This document shows, one piece after another, positions 28,776 through 37,946 of a stretch of DNA of 64,000 nt; position 1 is the first letter of the stretch; every line of letters starts with the position of its first letter. The notes under the pieces are model-generated. The model made no database searches. It was not told the DNA's origin and saw only the letters and a program-made list of their open reading frames with translations. The DNA comes from Gemmatimonadota bacterium. Its GTDB lineage: Bacteria > Gemmatimonadota > Gemmatimonadetes > Palauibacterales > Palauibacteraceae. The stretch is taken from positions 731 to 64,730 of the forward strand of contig JBATJK010000099.1 in the NCBI GenBank assembly GCA_049668445.1, given 5' to 3'. The position numbers were made by a program, and so were the translations under genes.

Positions 28776-30293
28776 TCACCGTCCCGCTGCCTCGCGCGCC
28801 GGCCAGTATGGCTCCTCTCGGTGGTGCACCCTCACTCGCACGTCCGGGAATACACCGCTCACGTGCCTGGCCAGTCGTTCAGCGAAGTATACGGAACGGT
28901 GCTGACCTCCGGTGCACCCGAAAGAGACCGTGAGGCTTTCGAAGCCCCTGCGGAGGTACTCCGAGACGTGCGCCTCGGACAGATCTCGAACGTTCGTCCA
29001 GAACGCTTCGCTGGAAGCGTTCGTTTCGATGAACTCGACGACGCCGGAGTCGAGCCCGGTCAGCGCCCGGTATTCCGGCTCCCGGCCCGGGTTCGGGACG
29101 GATCGGCAGTCGAACACGAAGCCGCCCCCATGGCCGTCGACCGGATCCGGGTAACCACGCCGATAGCTGAAGCTGAACAGATGGAGCGTGAGTCCGGTGT
29201 GGCTGGGCACCGCATCCGGCGCCGACCACGAGGCGGCGATGTGGCCGAACACCCGCTCCAGTTCGGGCACGCGAACCGGTAGCCCCTCGTCGAGCAGGGT
29301 TCGAAGGTTGCGGGCTGCGAAGGGCACGCTGCGCAGGAATCGCGGCTTCCTCTCGAAGAAGCCCCGGTATCCGTACGCTCCCAGTGCCTGCATGATGCGG
29401 ACGAGCACGTACCCCCGGTACAGGAGCTGGAACCGTTCCCGGTCGACCGACGTCTCCTCCTCCAGGGCTTCGAGGTAGCTTTCGAGGAGGCTCGATCGCA
29501 GCTCCGGGGGCAGATCCGCCTTCGCATCGTACAACAGGGAGGCGATGTCATACGGCAGGGCCCCCCGCCTGCCGCCCTGGTAGTCGATGAAGCGGGGCGA
29601 ACCATGCTGGAGCATGACGTTCCGGGACTGGAAGTCCCGATACAGAAAGTGTTCGCGCTCCGCCGCCAGGAGGAACTCGATCAGCGCCTCGAAGTCGTAC
29701 TCCAGCCTGGCCTCGCTGAACGGAACGTGGGCCAGCTTGAGGAAGTGGTACTTGAAGTAGTTCAGGTCCCACAGAATCGACTGGCGGTCGAACGCCTCCC
29801 GGGGATAGGCGACGGAGTAGTCCACCACCCGACCGCCCCGGACCTGGAACCGCGGCAGCCAGCGGACCACGTCGCGGTATACGGACACCATCGCTTCGGG
29901 AAAGGCGCCGCCGGCCTCTGTCCGGGACTCGTCCAGGGCGTCGAAAAGAGTCGTGTCTCCGAGGTCTTCGAGGAGGTAGACACCACCCTGTTCGTCATCC
30001 GCGATGATTTCCGGAACCGGAAGGTCGATGCTGCGGAAGGCTCGCGTAAAAGACAGGAATGCCCGATTCTCGTCGTGGTCCGGCCCCATCACGCCGATGA
30101 CCGATTCGTTCCCGGAGCCCAGCAGCCTCCGATAGGCGCGATTGGACCCGTCCCCGGCCAGCGCGAGTACCGCTGACGGGGCCTCTCCGAAGCGCTCCCG
30201 GTACAATCCGATCAGGCGTTCCTGCATGGTGGAAGGAGAAGCTATGGCCGACGGGATCCGGCGCAACAGCCGTGACAGCGAGAATGAGGCCAT
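28776..30293 (-). CDS. amgK: Fusion protein: AmgK-like anomeric MurNAc/GlcNAc kinase (APH fold) + RapZ C-terminal domain
   Basis: The N-terminal part has the APH catalytic loop YRDFQSRNVML and metal-binding IDYQG, with overall AmgK-like length. The C-terminal roughly 150 aa align to the RapZ/YvcJ C-domain: LHLFSFSYRRGYP…FVFDCRSVPNPGREPEYRALTGLD…LTVSFGCTGGQHRSVYFAERLA. The start may instead be the internal MQERLIGLY near 30227. Confidence 0.65.
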   Translation of the reverse strand: MASFSLSRLLRRIPSAIASPSTMQERLIGLYRERFGEAPSAVLALAGDGSNRAYRRLLGSGNESVIGVMGPDHDENRAFLSFTRAFRSIDLPVPEIIADDEQGGVYLLEDLGDTTLFDALDESRTEAGGAFPEAMVSVYRDVVRWLPRFQVRGGRVVDYSVAYPREAFDRQSILWDLNYFKYHFLKLAHVPFSEARLEYDFEALIEFLLAAEREHFLYRDFQSRNVMLQHGSPRFIDYQGGRRGALPYDIASLLYDAKADLPPELRSSLLESYLEALEEETSVDRERFQLLYRGYVLVRIMQALGAYGYRGFFERKPRFLRSVPFAARNLRTLLDEGLPVRVPELERVFGHIAASWSAPDAVPSHTGLTLHLFSFSYRRGYPDPVDGHGGGFVFDCRSVPNPGREPEYRALTGLDSGVVEFIETNASSEAFWTNVRDLSEAHVSEYLRRGFESLTVSFGCTGGQHRSVYFAERLARHVSGVFPDVRVRVHHREEPYWPAREAAGR

Positions 30294-30560
30294 CCGGGCG
30301 TCCCCCGCTCTTCTCGCCCGACTCGAGGACCGGATTCGAACGCTCGAGGGACTGCCACAGCTGGCGGAACACGTGGACCGATGCAGGAGCGAAGCGAGAG
30401 TCGCCGGCTACCGGCCGCCGGCGCATCCTCGATCCAAGGACAGGGACTACCAGGTCTGGCTGCGGAGAATCGGCTGGCGATAGGTTCACGGTCCCCTCTC
30501 CGGGGCCGGCGGAGCCGGACTGCAGGGGGCATCTAACGGACCTCCCACTACGAGGACGGC

Positions 30561-31226
30561 ATGGGGAAGATCAGGCAGTACGACGGAGACGGGATCAGGG
30601 TCACCTACGATGCCGAACGCTGCATCCACGCCGCTGAGTGTGTTCACGGGCTCCCGGAGGTGTTCGACCCGGACCGGAAGCCATGGGTCGAAGCAGGGGC
30701 GGCTTCGGCGGAGGACCTCGCGGCCGTGATTCGCCGATGCCCGACCGGAGCCCTGGCCTATGCGAGACTCGACGGCGGGCCCGACGAAGGGCCGACATTG
30801 ACGAACGAGTTGCGGATCGTCCGGGACGGCCCCGTCTACGCCACAGGCGGGCTGGTCCTCCTCGATGCGGAGCACAGCGAGATCGGACGTGAGAGTCGGG
30901 TCGCCTTCTGCCGCTGCGGCGCCTCGGAGAACAAGCCGTACTGCGACGGACGGCACGCGGAGGCCGGTTTCGAGGACCCCGGGGTGATCGGGAACCCGAC
31001 CGTCCGTCCTCCGGGCGACGACGACCCGTCCGACCTTACCATCAGGCTTCGGCCGGACGGCCCCCTGGTCCTGGAAGGACATTTCACGGTCGTGGGCACG
31101 GACGGTGAATCCGCGGAGGGGTCGTCCGGAGCCCTGTGCCGCTGCGGCGCTTCGAAGAACAAGCCCTTCTGCGACGGTACCCACCGGGAGATCGATTTCG
31201 AGGCGAAGGACCCGTCGGCGGGTTGA
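30561..31226 (+). CDS. Iron-sulfur protein: N-terminal ferredoxin-like single-cluster domain + two CDGSH (mitoNEET-type) motifs
   Basis: N-terminus has RCIHAAECVHGLP…RCPTGAL. Two copies of the CDGSH motif follow: CRCGASENKPYCDGRH and CRCGASKNKPFCDGTH. Confidence 0.8.
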   Translation: MGKIRQYDGDGIRVTYDAERCIHAAECVHGLPEVFDPDRKPWVEAGAASAEDLAAVIRRCPTGALAYARLDGGPDEGPTLTNELRIVRDGPVYATGGLVLLDAEHSEIGRESRVAFCRCGASENKPYCDGRHAEAGFEDPGVIGNPTVRPPGDDDPSDLTIRLRPDGPLVLEGHFTVVGTDGESAEGSSGALCRCGASKNKPFCDGTHREIDFEAKDPSAG

Positions 31227-31278
31227 AGACCTGAAGCTCGCGGCGTGGGCAGAAGCTGAGTTGCAGGCCAGAAAGCAG

Positions 31279-33009
31279 TCAGCCGGCTTCGCCCGCTTCT
31301 CCCGGAATGGGGAACCAGCGCAGATGCTCGAAATCTCCGGTCACGTCGTCGGTACAGCGGCCCCGGGTCGCCACGGTTGATCCGCCGTCCGCGACGATTC
31401 GCTCCGCCTCTTCCAGGTAGGACGCCAGGTCTCCCTCGCCCGCCGAATACCGGTGATGCGGGCACTCGATTCCGTTCGGAGTGAAGCGGACATCCCACAG
31501 GCTCATTGGCGGCTCGCTGCGTCCGCGTACGTGCGTCCACAAGCCGGTGTGCGGATCGAAGTCATACTGGTCCAGCAGGCGCCAACCGTGCTCCGCGACG
31601 AAATGCACGGCATCCAGGACGAACTGGAAGACGGTCTCGGAGATGAAGTAGTTGAAGTTGACTCGCACCCAGCCGGGCTTGATGCCCTCGCACCCGCGGC
31701 TGATCTCGCGCTCGAATTCACGCGATTTCTCGACATCGATCCCGAGGAGGCGGTGCCCGTAGGGCCCAGCGCAAGAGCATCCGCCGCGGGATTGGATTCC
31801 GAACAGGTCGTTCAGGAGCGCCACCACGTAGTTGTGGTGCAGATACCGCTCGCCGCTTCGCAGAACGAACGACACGATGGACAGCCGCTCGTGGGTCCTG
31901 TCACCCAGGATTTCGATGTTCGGGTCGTTGCCCCACGACTGGATGGCCCTCCTGATGAACGCTTCTTCCCGCTCTCGGATTACCTCCCACCCGACGGCGT
32001 CCTTTAGCGCGAAGACGAGTCCCGCCCGGATCGACCCGACGATCTGTGGTGTCCCGCCTTCCTCGCGCTTCTCCGGGTCCTCGAAATACCTGTGATCGTC
32101 GGGGTTCACGTACCATACGGTCCCGCCTCCGGGGACATCGGGCACCCGGTTCGTGAACAACTCGCGGCGTGCCACGAGGAGGCCAGGAGTATCGGGCCCG
32201 CCGATCATCTTGTGAGGCGAGATGAAGACCGCGTCCTTGTAGTCGAGCCGATCCTCTTCCGAATCCCCATCCGGTCCCATTCGGATGCCCACGTACGGCG
32301 CGGCCGCCGCGAAGTCCCAGAGGGCGAGCGCTCCATGCCGATGCAGAAGCACCGATACGTCTCGAACCGGCGTCGTAATCCCGGTCACGTTCGAAGCCGC
32401 CGAGAACGATCCGATCTTGAGGGGCCGCTCCGCGTACTCCACCAACCGCGACTCCAGCTCGGCGAGATCGATCCCTCCATGCAGGTCTTCGTGGATGGTC
32501 ACCACGTCCGCGATCGATTCCCTCCACGGCAGCTCGTTGGAGTGGTGTTCATACGGTCCGATGAACACGACAGGGCGGTCCCCCGCGGGAATCTGGGCGG
32601 AGAGTTCGTATCGATCGTCGAGATCCGCCGGAATGCGGAGGTTCATCACCCCGATGAGCCGGTCAATCGCCCCCGTCGTACCGGTTCCGCAGAAGATCAC
32701 GGCATGCTCGTCAGTCGCCTTCACACACCGGGCGATAATCCGACGAGCGTCCTCCCGGAACCGCGTCGTCTGCAGGCCCGTGCCCGAACTCTCGGTGTGC
32801 GTGTTGGCGTACAGCGGCAGGACCGCTTCGCGAATGAAGTCCTCGATGATCGAAATGGAGCGTCCGGAGGCCGTATAGTCCGCGTACGTGACACGGCGGG
32901 GTCCGAACGGGCCTGGCACCGCCTCGTTTTCCCCGATGACGGAAGACCGGATCAGGTCGATGAGCTCCCGGCCGTCTTCCGGGCCGAAGTCGATCAAGCG
33001 CCTACCCAC
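31279..33009 (-). CDS. Aminotransferase class V-fold PLP-dependent enzyme (cysteine desulfurase-like) with C-terminal extension
   Basis: 576 aa. …VTYADYTASGRSISIIEDFIREAVLPLYANTHTESSGTGLQTTRFREDAR…, and a C-terminal RGGCSCAGPYGHRL resembling the SufS/NifS active-site Cys loop. The start is probably downstream of the track start, because of a 16-nt overlap with the AI-2E gene. Confidence 0.65.
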   Translation of the reverse strand: MGRRLIDFGPEDGRELIDLIRSSVIGENEAVPGPFGPRRVTYADYTASGRSISIIEDFIREAVLPLYANTHTESSGTGLQTTRFREDARRIIARCVKATDEHAVIFCGTGTTGAIDRLIGVMNLRIPADLDDRYELSAQIPAGDRPVVFIGPYEHHSNELPWRESIADVVTIHEDLHGGIDLAELESRLVEYAERPLKIGSFSAASNVTGITTPVRDVSVLLHRHGALALWDFAAAAPYVGIRMGPDGDSEEDRLDYKDAVFISPHKMIGGPDTPGLLVARRELFTNRVPDVPGGGTVWYVNPDDHRYFEDPEKREEGGTPQIVGSIRAGLVFALKDAVGWEVIREREEAFIRRAIQSWGNDPNIEILGDRTHERLSIVSFVLRSGERYLHHNYVVALLNDLFGIQSRGGCSCAGPYGHRLLGIDVEKSREFEREISRGCEGIKPGWVRVNFNYFISETVFQFVLDAVHFVAEHGWRLLDQYDFDPHTGLWTHVRGRSEPPMSLWDVRFTPNGIECPHHRYSAGEGDLASYLEEAERIVADGGSTVATRGRCTDDVTGDFEHLRWFPIPGEAGEAG

Positions 33010-34076
33010 TCGGTCGGATCATCCTCGGCCCCACTTACCACGACCTCCGCCGGCTTCGAGCCCAGGAGCACAGCCATCCAGCGCGTTTCGTCGTTGGCCT
33101 CGAGCACGATCTTCATGATCATCGTCAGGGGAACCGAAAGCAGCATCCCGACCGGCCCCAGCACCCAGCCCCAGAAAATCAGGGACAGGAACACCACGAG
33201 CGTCGAAAGGCCCATGCCCTCACCCATGACCCTCGGTTCGATGAAGTTCCCGATCGCCGTGTTGATGACCAGGTAGCCGATGGCAGTCAGTGTGCCGTCA
33301 CCTGGCCCCAGCTGGAGAAAGGCCAGCATGACTGCCGGAATCGCCGCAATGAACGACCCGAGACTCGGGATGTAGTTCAGGAGAAACGCCAGTAAACCCC
33401 ACAGCAGCGCGTAGTCGACCCCGATGATCCTTAGCCACAGCGCCACCAGCACACCCGTCGTGAGGCTGATCAGCGTCTTCAGGGCAAGGTAACGGCGCAC
33501 GTTGTCGTTGATCTCCGCGATCGGCAAAAGGCTGCGGTTCGCATTCGGAAAGGCCAGGCGAACCTTGGCCGAGAAGCCGGAGATCTCCAGCAGTATGAAC
33601 ACTGTGATGATCAGGATCAGGGCGATCTTGCCCAACACGTCGCCCACTCCCGTGAAGATGCGACCGACGATTCGGAGGATCTCTCCGGGGTCGAAGGAAT
33701 CCGCCAGGAGCTGCCCCGACACCTCGAACCCATGCCCGGAAAGCCACACCACGAGATCCGCCACCTCCCGTTCCAGGCGCACCTGGTAGCCGGGAAGCGA
33801 GCGTGTGAAGTCGATCAGGGATGTGCCGATCAGGGTGCCCGCCATGGTCCCGATACCGAGCAGCATCAGCACGATCAGAAGGACCGAAAGCCAGGTTGGC
33901 AGGCCCTTTCGCTGTAGCCATTGCAGCGGTGTCGCACAGATCACGGCCAGCATGACGGCCAGAAGGAATGGAACAAGGATGGGCTCAGCGGTTCGCACGC
34001 CCGCCACCAGGACGACGAATGCCGCCCCGTACAGCAGGAAGCGCGCAGCCTTTGAGAGTCTCGGCCCGTCGGTCAT
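32994..34076 (-). CDS. AI-2E family transporter (PerM/YdiK/TqsA-like)
   Basis: 360 aa. Eight TM segments and the conserved IGNFIEPRVMGEGMGLSTLVVFLSLIFWGWVLGPVGMLLSVPLT region. Confidence 0.85.
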   Translation of the reverse strand: MTDGPRLSKAARFLLYGAAFVVLVAGVRTAEPILVPFLLAVMLAVICATPLQWLQRKGLPTWLSVLLIVLMLLGIGTMAGTLIGTSLIDFTRSLPGYQVRLEREVADLVVWLSGHGFEVSGQLLADSFDPGEILRIVGRIFTGVGDVLGKIALILIITVFILLEISGFSAKVRLAFPNANRSLLPIAEINDNVRRYLALKTLISLTTGVLVALWLRIIGVDYALLWGLLAFLLNYIPSLGSFIAAIPAVMLAFLQLGPGDGTLTAIGYLVINTAIGNFIEPRVMGEGMGLSTLVVFLSLIFWGWVLGPVGMLLSVPLTMIMKIVLEANDETRWMAVLLGSKPAEVVVSGAEDDPTEWVGA

Positions 34077-34147
34077 TCCGCATCCCGTGAAACGGTTTAG
34101 GTCGGTACAGAAACCTGTTGCGCCCGCCAGTCGAATCGTAAGGTAAC

Positions 34148-35644
34148 GTGCGATACGGTGCTGCCGTCAACGGGGATTTGCAAAGCCAGGAGCCGCCGCG
34201 CGTGACAACACTTCAGACTGCATGGCCGTACATCGCGGCGGAACTGGCTTTCCTGCTCTCCTTGATCGTCTCTTCGCACATCCTGCTTCACAAGAGAGAG
34301 GTCAGGGCCGCCATCGGCTGGATCGGGCTCGCCTGGCTCGCGCCGGTCGTCGGATCGATTCTCTACCTCGTGTTCGGCATCAACCGGATCAAGCGTCGGG
34401 GGTCCGAGATTCACGCCAGCATGGACCGGATCCCCATCCCGACACGGCTTCCGCCGACCCTCGCTCCGCAGAGGCCCCCCGCACCGATCGACGAATCGCT
34501 GCAACCGCTGGCGAGGGCCGTGGATCGGCTGACTCAAAACGAACTCGTGGCGGGCAACCGGATCGAGCCGCTGCGGAATGGAGACGCAGCCTATCCCGCG
34601 ATGCTCGACGCGATCCGGGGAGCCCACACCTCGGTGGCGCTCGCCACGTATATCTTCGATATGGACCGGGTGGGTATGGAGTTCGTGGAGGAACTGGGCG
34701 CGGCCGTCCGGCGGGGGGTACAGGTCAGGGTCCTCATCGATGGGGTAGGAGCGGCATACAGCAAACCTCGAGCTCCGGGGACCCTGCGCGATCGAGGTGT
34801 CCGGGTGGCGCAGTTCGGGGGCCGGATGGTCCCCTGGCGCATGCCCTATGTCAACCTCCGGAACCACCGCAAGATCCTGGTCGTCGATGGCACGATCGGT
34901 TTCACCGGGGGGATGAATATCCGCGAGTCAGGCTGCCTCAAGCTCGACACACCCTTCCCTACGAGGGACCTGCACTTCAAGCTGGAGGGCCCGGTGGTCT
35001 CACAACTCGTGACCGCCTTCGCCCAGGACTGGACCCACACGACGGGCGAGCACCTCGACGGCGACCTGTGGTGCCCGCCAGTCACTGCGGTGGGTGCATC
35101 CATCGCACGTGGCGTGAGCGACGGACCGGACGACGACTTCGAGAAGCTGTCCTGGACGATCCTGGCCGGCCTCAGAGCGGCGAAACGACACGTTCGGATC
35201 ATCACACCGTACTTCCTTCCCGACCAGGCGTTGCTCACGGCCTTGAACGCGGTCACGCTCGCTGGAGTGCGGCTGGACATCGTGCTGCCAGAAACGAGCA
35301 ACCTGCGAATCGTCGGGTGGGCGATGCGCGCCCAGCTGGCGCAGGTCATGGAGTATGGTGCGCGGATCTGGCTCAGTCCGGCCCCGTTCGACCACACGAA
35401 GCTGATGCTGGTGGACGACGGGTGGGCGCTGTTCGGCTCCGGGAATTGGGATCCGCGCAGCCTCCGTCTCAACTTCGAGTTCAACGTGGAATGCTACGAC
35501 CCCGACCTCGTCGCGATCCTGGACGCGATCGTCACGGAGACGATCGAAGATGCGCGCCCACTATCGCGGGACGAATTGGACGGCCGCAGCCTCCCGGTGA
35601 AGCTGCGCGACGGGGCTGCCTGGCTATTCTCCCCCTATCTCTGA
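34148..35644 (+). CDS. cls: Cardiolipin synthase (phospholipase D superfamily)
   Basis: Two N-terminal TM helices and two HKD motifs: NHRKILVVDG and DHTKLMLVDD. Confidence 0.85.
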   Translation: MRYGAAVNGDLQSQEPPRVTTLQTAWPYIAAELAFLLSLIVSSHILLHKREVRAAIGWIGLAWLAPVVGSILYLVFGINRIKRRGSEIHASMDRIPIPTRLPPTLAPQRPPAPIDESLQPLARAVDRLTQNELVAGNRIEPLRNGDAAYPAMLDAIRGAHTSVALATYIFDMDRVGMEFVEELGAAVRRGVQVRVLIDGVGAAYSKPRAPGTLRDRGVRVAQFGGRMVPWRMPYVNLRNHRKILVVDGTIGFTGGMNIRESGCLKLDTPFPTRDLHFKLEGPVVSQLVTAFAQDWTHTTGEHLDGDLWCPPVTAVGASIARGVSDGPDDDFEKLSWTILAGLRAAKRHVRIITPYFLPDQALLTALNAVTLAGVRLDIVLPETSNLRIVGWAMRAQLAQVMEYGARIWLSPAPFDHTKLMLVDDGWALFGSGNWDPRSLRLNFEFNVECYDPDLVAILDAIVTETIEDARPLSRDELDGRSLPVKLRDGAAWLFSPYL

Positions 35645-35657
35645 CCGGAGTGTTCGG

Positions 35658-36785
35658 ATGCTCGTGAACGGACGGGACACACGGTCGATCCGCCTCGCGG
35701 AGCCACCGCGTAAACCGCCGGTGCCCGAGATCATCGACCAGACGAGGCTCCCCCACGAAGTCCGCTTCGTACTCCTCGAGACGCTCGAGGACGCCGAGAG
35801 AGCCATTCGGGAAATGTGGGTGCGCGGGGCGCCTCTGATCGGCGTAACCGCCGCATACGGGATGGCCCTGGGCGCCCGGACGGACCCGTCGGACGGCGGG
35901 CTCGAGTCAGCGGCCCGCCGGCTGTCGGATACTCGTCCGACCGCCGTGAACCTGGCGTGGGCCCTCGGGGACATGCTCGAGAAGCTCCGCCCCCTGCCGC
36001 CGGCCGACCGGGAGTGCGCGGCATTCGAGCACGCGGCGGCCCAGGCTGAAGCCGATGTGGCCGCATGCCGGGCGATAGGGCGGCATGGCCGCGTAATACT
36101 GGACGGCCTCGCGGCCGCCGGAACTTCGGCCGGAGGAGTGCAGATCCTGACGCACTGCAACGCCGGTTGGCTGGCTACGGTCGACTGGGGCACCGCCCTG
36201 GCCCCTGTGTTCGACGCACACCGTTCCGGCGTGCCTCTGCACGTGTGGGTCAGTGAGACGCGGCCGCGGAACCAGGGCGCCGGGCTCACGGCGTGGGAAC
36301 TCGCCCAGGAGGGTATCCTGCACACGGTGATCCCCGACAACGCGTCCGGCCACCTGCTACGCACCGGGCGCGTGGATGTCGTGATCACCGGAACCGATCG
36401 AACCACGTCAGCCGGCGACGTGTGCAACAAGATCGGCACCTACTTGAAAGCCGTGGCTGCACGCGATTGTGCGGTCCCCTTCTACGCAGCCGTCCCGAGT
36501 TCCTCGATCGACTGGGAACTGGGCGAAGGCGAGGCCGCGTTGATCCCCATCGAGGAGCGGGATGGGTCGGAAGTGACGCACGTGCGTGGATTGGGGCCCG
36601 ACGGGCAAATGACGTCCGTGCGGATCACACCCGCGGGAAGCCGGGTCGCCAACTTCGGATTTGACGTCACGCCCGCGCGGTTGGTCACGGGGCTCATTAC
36701 CGAGCGAGGCGTTTGCGCTGCGAGCCGGGAGAGCCTGGCATCGCTGTTTCCTGACAGGGCCAGTGGAGAGGATACGCAAGGATGA
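35658..36785 (+). CDS. mtnA: S-methyl-5-thioribose-1-phosphate isomerase (MtnA / eIF-2B-like family)
   Basis: 375 aa. …LETLEDAERAIREMWVRGAPLIGVTAAYGMALG…TRPRNQGAGLTAWELAQEGILHTVIPDNASG…. Confidence 0.8.
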   Translation: MLVNGRDTRSIRLAEPPRKPPVPEIIDQTRLPHEVRFVLLETLEDAERAIREMWVRGAPLIGVTAAYGMALGARTDPSDGGLESAARRLSDTRPTAVNLAWALGDMLEKLRPLPPADRECAAFEHAAAQAEADVAACRAIGRHGRVILDGLAAAGTSAGGVQILTHCNAGWLATVDWGTALAPVFDAHRSGVPLHVWVSETRPRNQGAGLTAWELAQEGILHTVIPDNASGHLLRTGRVDVVITGTDRTTSAGDVCNKIGTYLKAVAARDCAVPFYAAVPSSSIDWELGEGEAALIPIEERDGSEVTHVRGLGPDGQMTSVRITPAGSRVANFGFDVTPARLVTGLITERGVCAASRESLASLFPDRASGEDTQG

Positions 36786-37582
36786 GACTGCTCCAGGTTG
36801 ATGCATTCACTGACGAGCCGTTCGCCGGCAACCCGGCGGCGGTGTGTCTGCTGGACGGTCCGGCCGAGCCCGACTGGATGCAGAACGTTGCGCGTGAGAT
36901 GAACCTCTCGGAGACCGCGTTTCTGTATTCCCGGCAGAACGCGTTCTCGCTTCGCTGGTTTACGCCCGCGGTGGAGGTCGAGCTGTGCGGGCACGCGACC
37001 CTGGCCAGCGCACATGCCCTGTGGGAGGAAGGGGTCCTCGACCCGATCGAGTCGGCCCTTTTCGACACGCTGAGCGGCCGACTCGCGGCGACCCGACGCG
37101 GCGATGGAATCGAGATGGACTTTCCGGCCGAGTATGCCCAGACCTGCCTGCCACCCCCGGGTCTCCTGGACTCGCTGGGCGGAGTCAGTCCGGTGGCGGT
37201 GGCCCGGAACCGTTTCGACATCCTGATCGAGGTCGCCGACGAGGCGACGGTTCGAGCTCTCCGCCCGGACTTCCAGCGCCTGAGTTCCGTCGCGGTGAGA
37301 GGCGTCATGGTAACCGCGCGGGCGGGAAACGAGCTGGTGGCGAGCGGTATCGACTTCGTCTCCCGCTTCTTCGCTCCCGCGGTCGGGGTCGATGAAGACC
37401 CGGTGACCGGCTCCGCCCATTGCTGCCTCGGACCGTGGTGGGCCAGTCGCCTCGGGACCGACGATCTCCTTGGACGACAGGTTTCGGAGCGCGGAGGGAC
37501 CGTAGGCGTACGCGTCCGCTCGGACCGGGTTCTGCTGGCGGGCAGGGCGGTCACCGTGCTGAGGGGTGAGCTGCTGGGCTAG
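36782..37582 (+). CDS. PhzF-family isomerase (phenazine biosynthesis PhzF-like / YddE family)
   Basis: MRLLQVDAFTDEPFAGNPAAVCLLD…LSETAFL…ELCGHATLASAHALWE. It has an ATGA overlap with mtnA. Confidence 0.8.
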   Translation: MRLLQVDAFTDEPFAGNPAAVCLLDGPAEPDWMQNVAREMNLSETAFLYSRQNAFSLRWFTPAVEVELCGHATLASAHALWEEGVLDPIESALFDTLSGRLAATRRGDGIEMDFPAEYAQTCLPPPGLLDSLGGVSPVAVARNRFDILIEVADEATVRALRPDFQRLSSVAVRGVMVTARAGNELVASGIDFVSRFFAPAVGVDEDPVTGSAHCCLGPWWASRLGTDDLLGRQVSERGGTVGVRVRSDRVLLAGRAVTVLRGELLG

Positions 37583-37946
37583 CGCTCTGGAGGTCAGGGA
37601 CATGGACAGCGACGATATTTTGAGCGTGAACAGTGAAGAGGCCCTGGACGATGTCCTGCGGCTGCCACTGGCCCTGCTCTACAAACACTCCACCCGCTGT
37701 GGGACCAGTATGCGGGCGATGCTGGAGGTGGAGCGGTTCGCTCGGAGCCAGGGAGAGATTCCCGTGTACGGGATCGATGTCATCCGGCAGCGTGGGATTT
37801 CCGACCAGGCCGCGCGGCGGCTCGGAATCGGACACGAATCGCCCCAGGTCATCCTGATTCGAGATGGCCACGCGATGTGGCACGCCTCGCATTTCCGGGT
37901 CACGGCCGCAGCGCTGGCGGCGGCCGCCGAACAGGTCAGCGACTAG
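37566..37946 (+). CDS. YtxJ-like thioredoxin-fold protein (bacillithiol-system redox protein family, DUF2847-like)
   Basis: …LALLYKHSTRCGTSMRAMLEVERF…IPVYGIDVIRQRGISDQAARRLGIGHESPQVILIRDGHAMWHASH. A single-Cys T-x-C motif is present. The true start is possibly MDSDDIL at 37602. Confidence 0.5.
   Translation: MSCWASALEVRDMDSDDILSVNSEEALDDVLRLPLALLYKHSTRCGTSMRAMLEVERFARSQGEIPVYGIDVIRQRGISDQAARRLGIGHESPQVILIRDGHAMWHASHFRVTAAALAAAAEQVSD

Noticed and set aside
34222-35667. 481-aa alternative-frame ORF inside cls
   Set aside because: It is the same strand but a different frame from the cardiolipin synthase gene. Arg/Gly/Pro-rich low complexity. cls carries both HKD motifs in the other frame.
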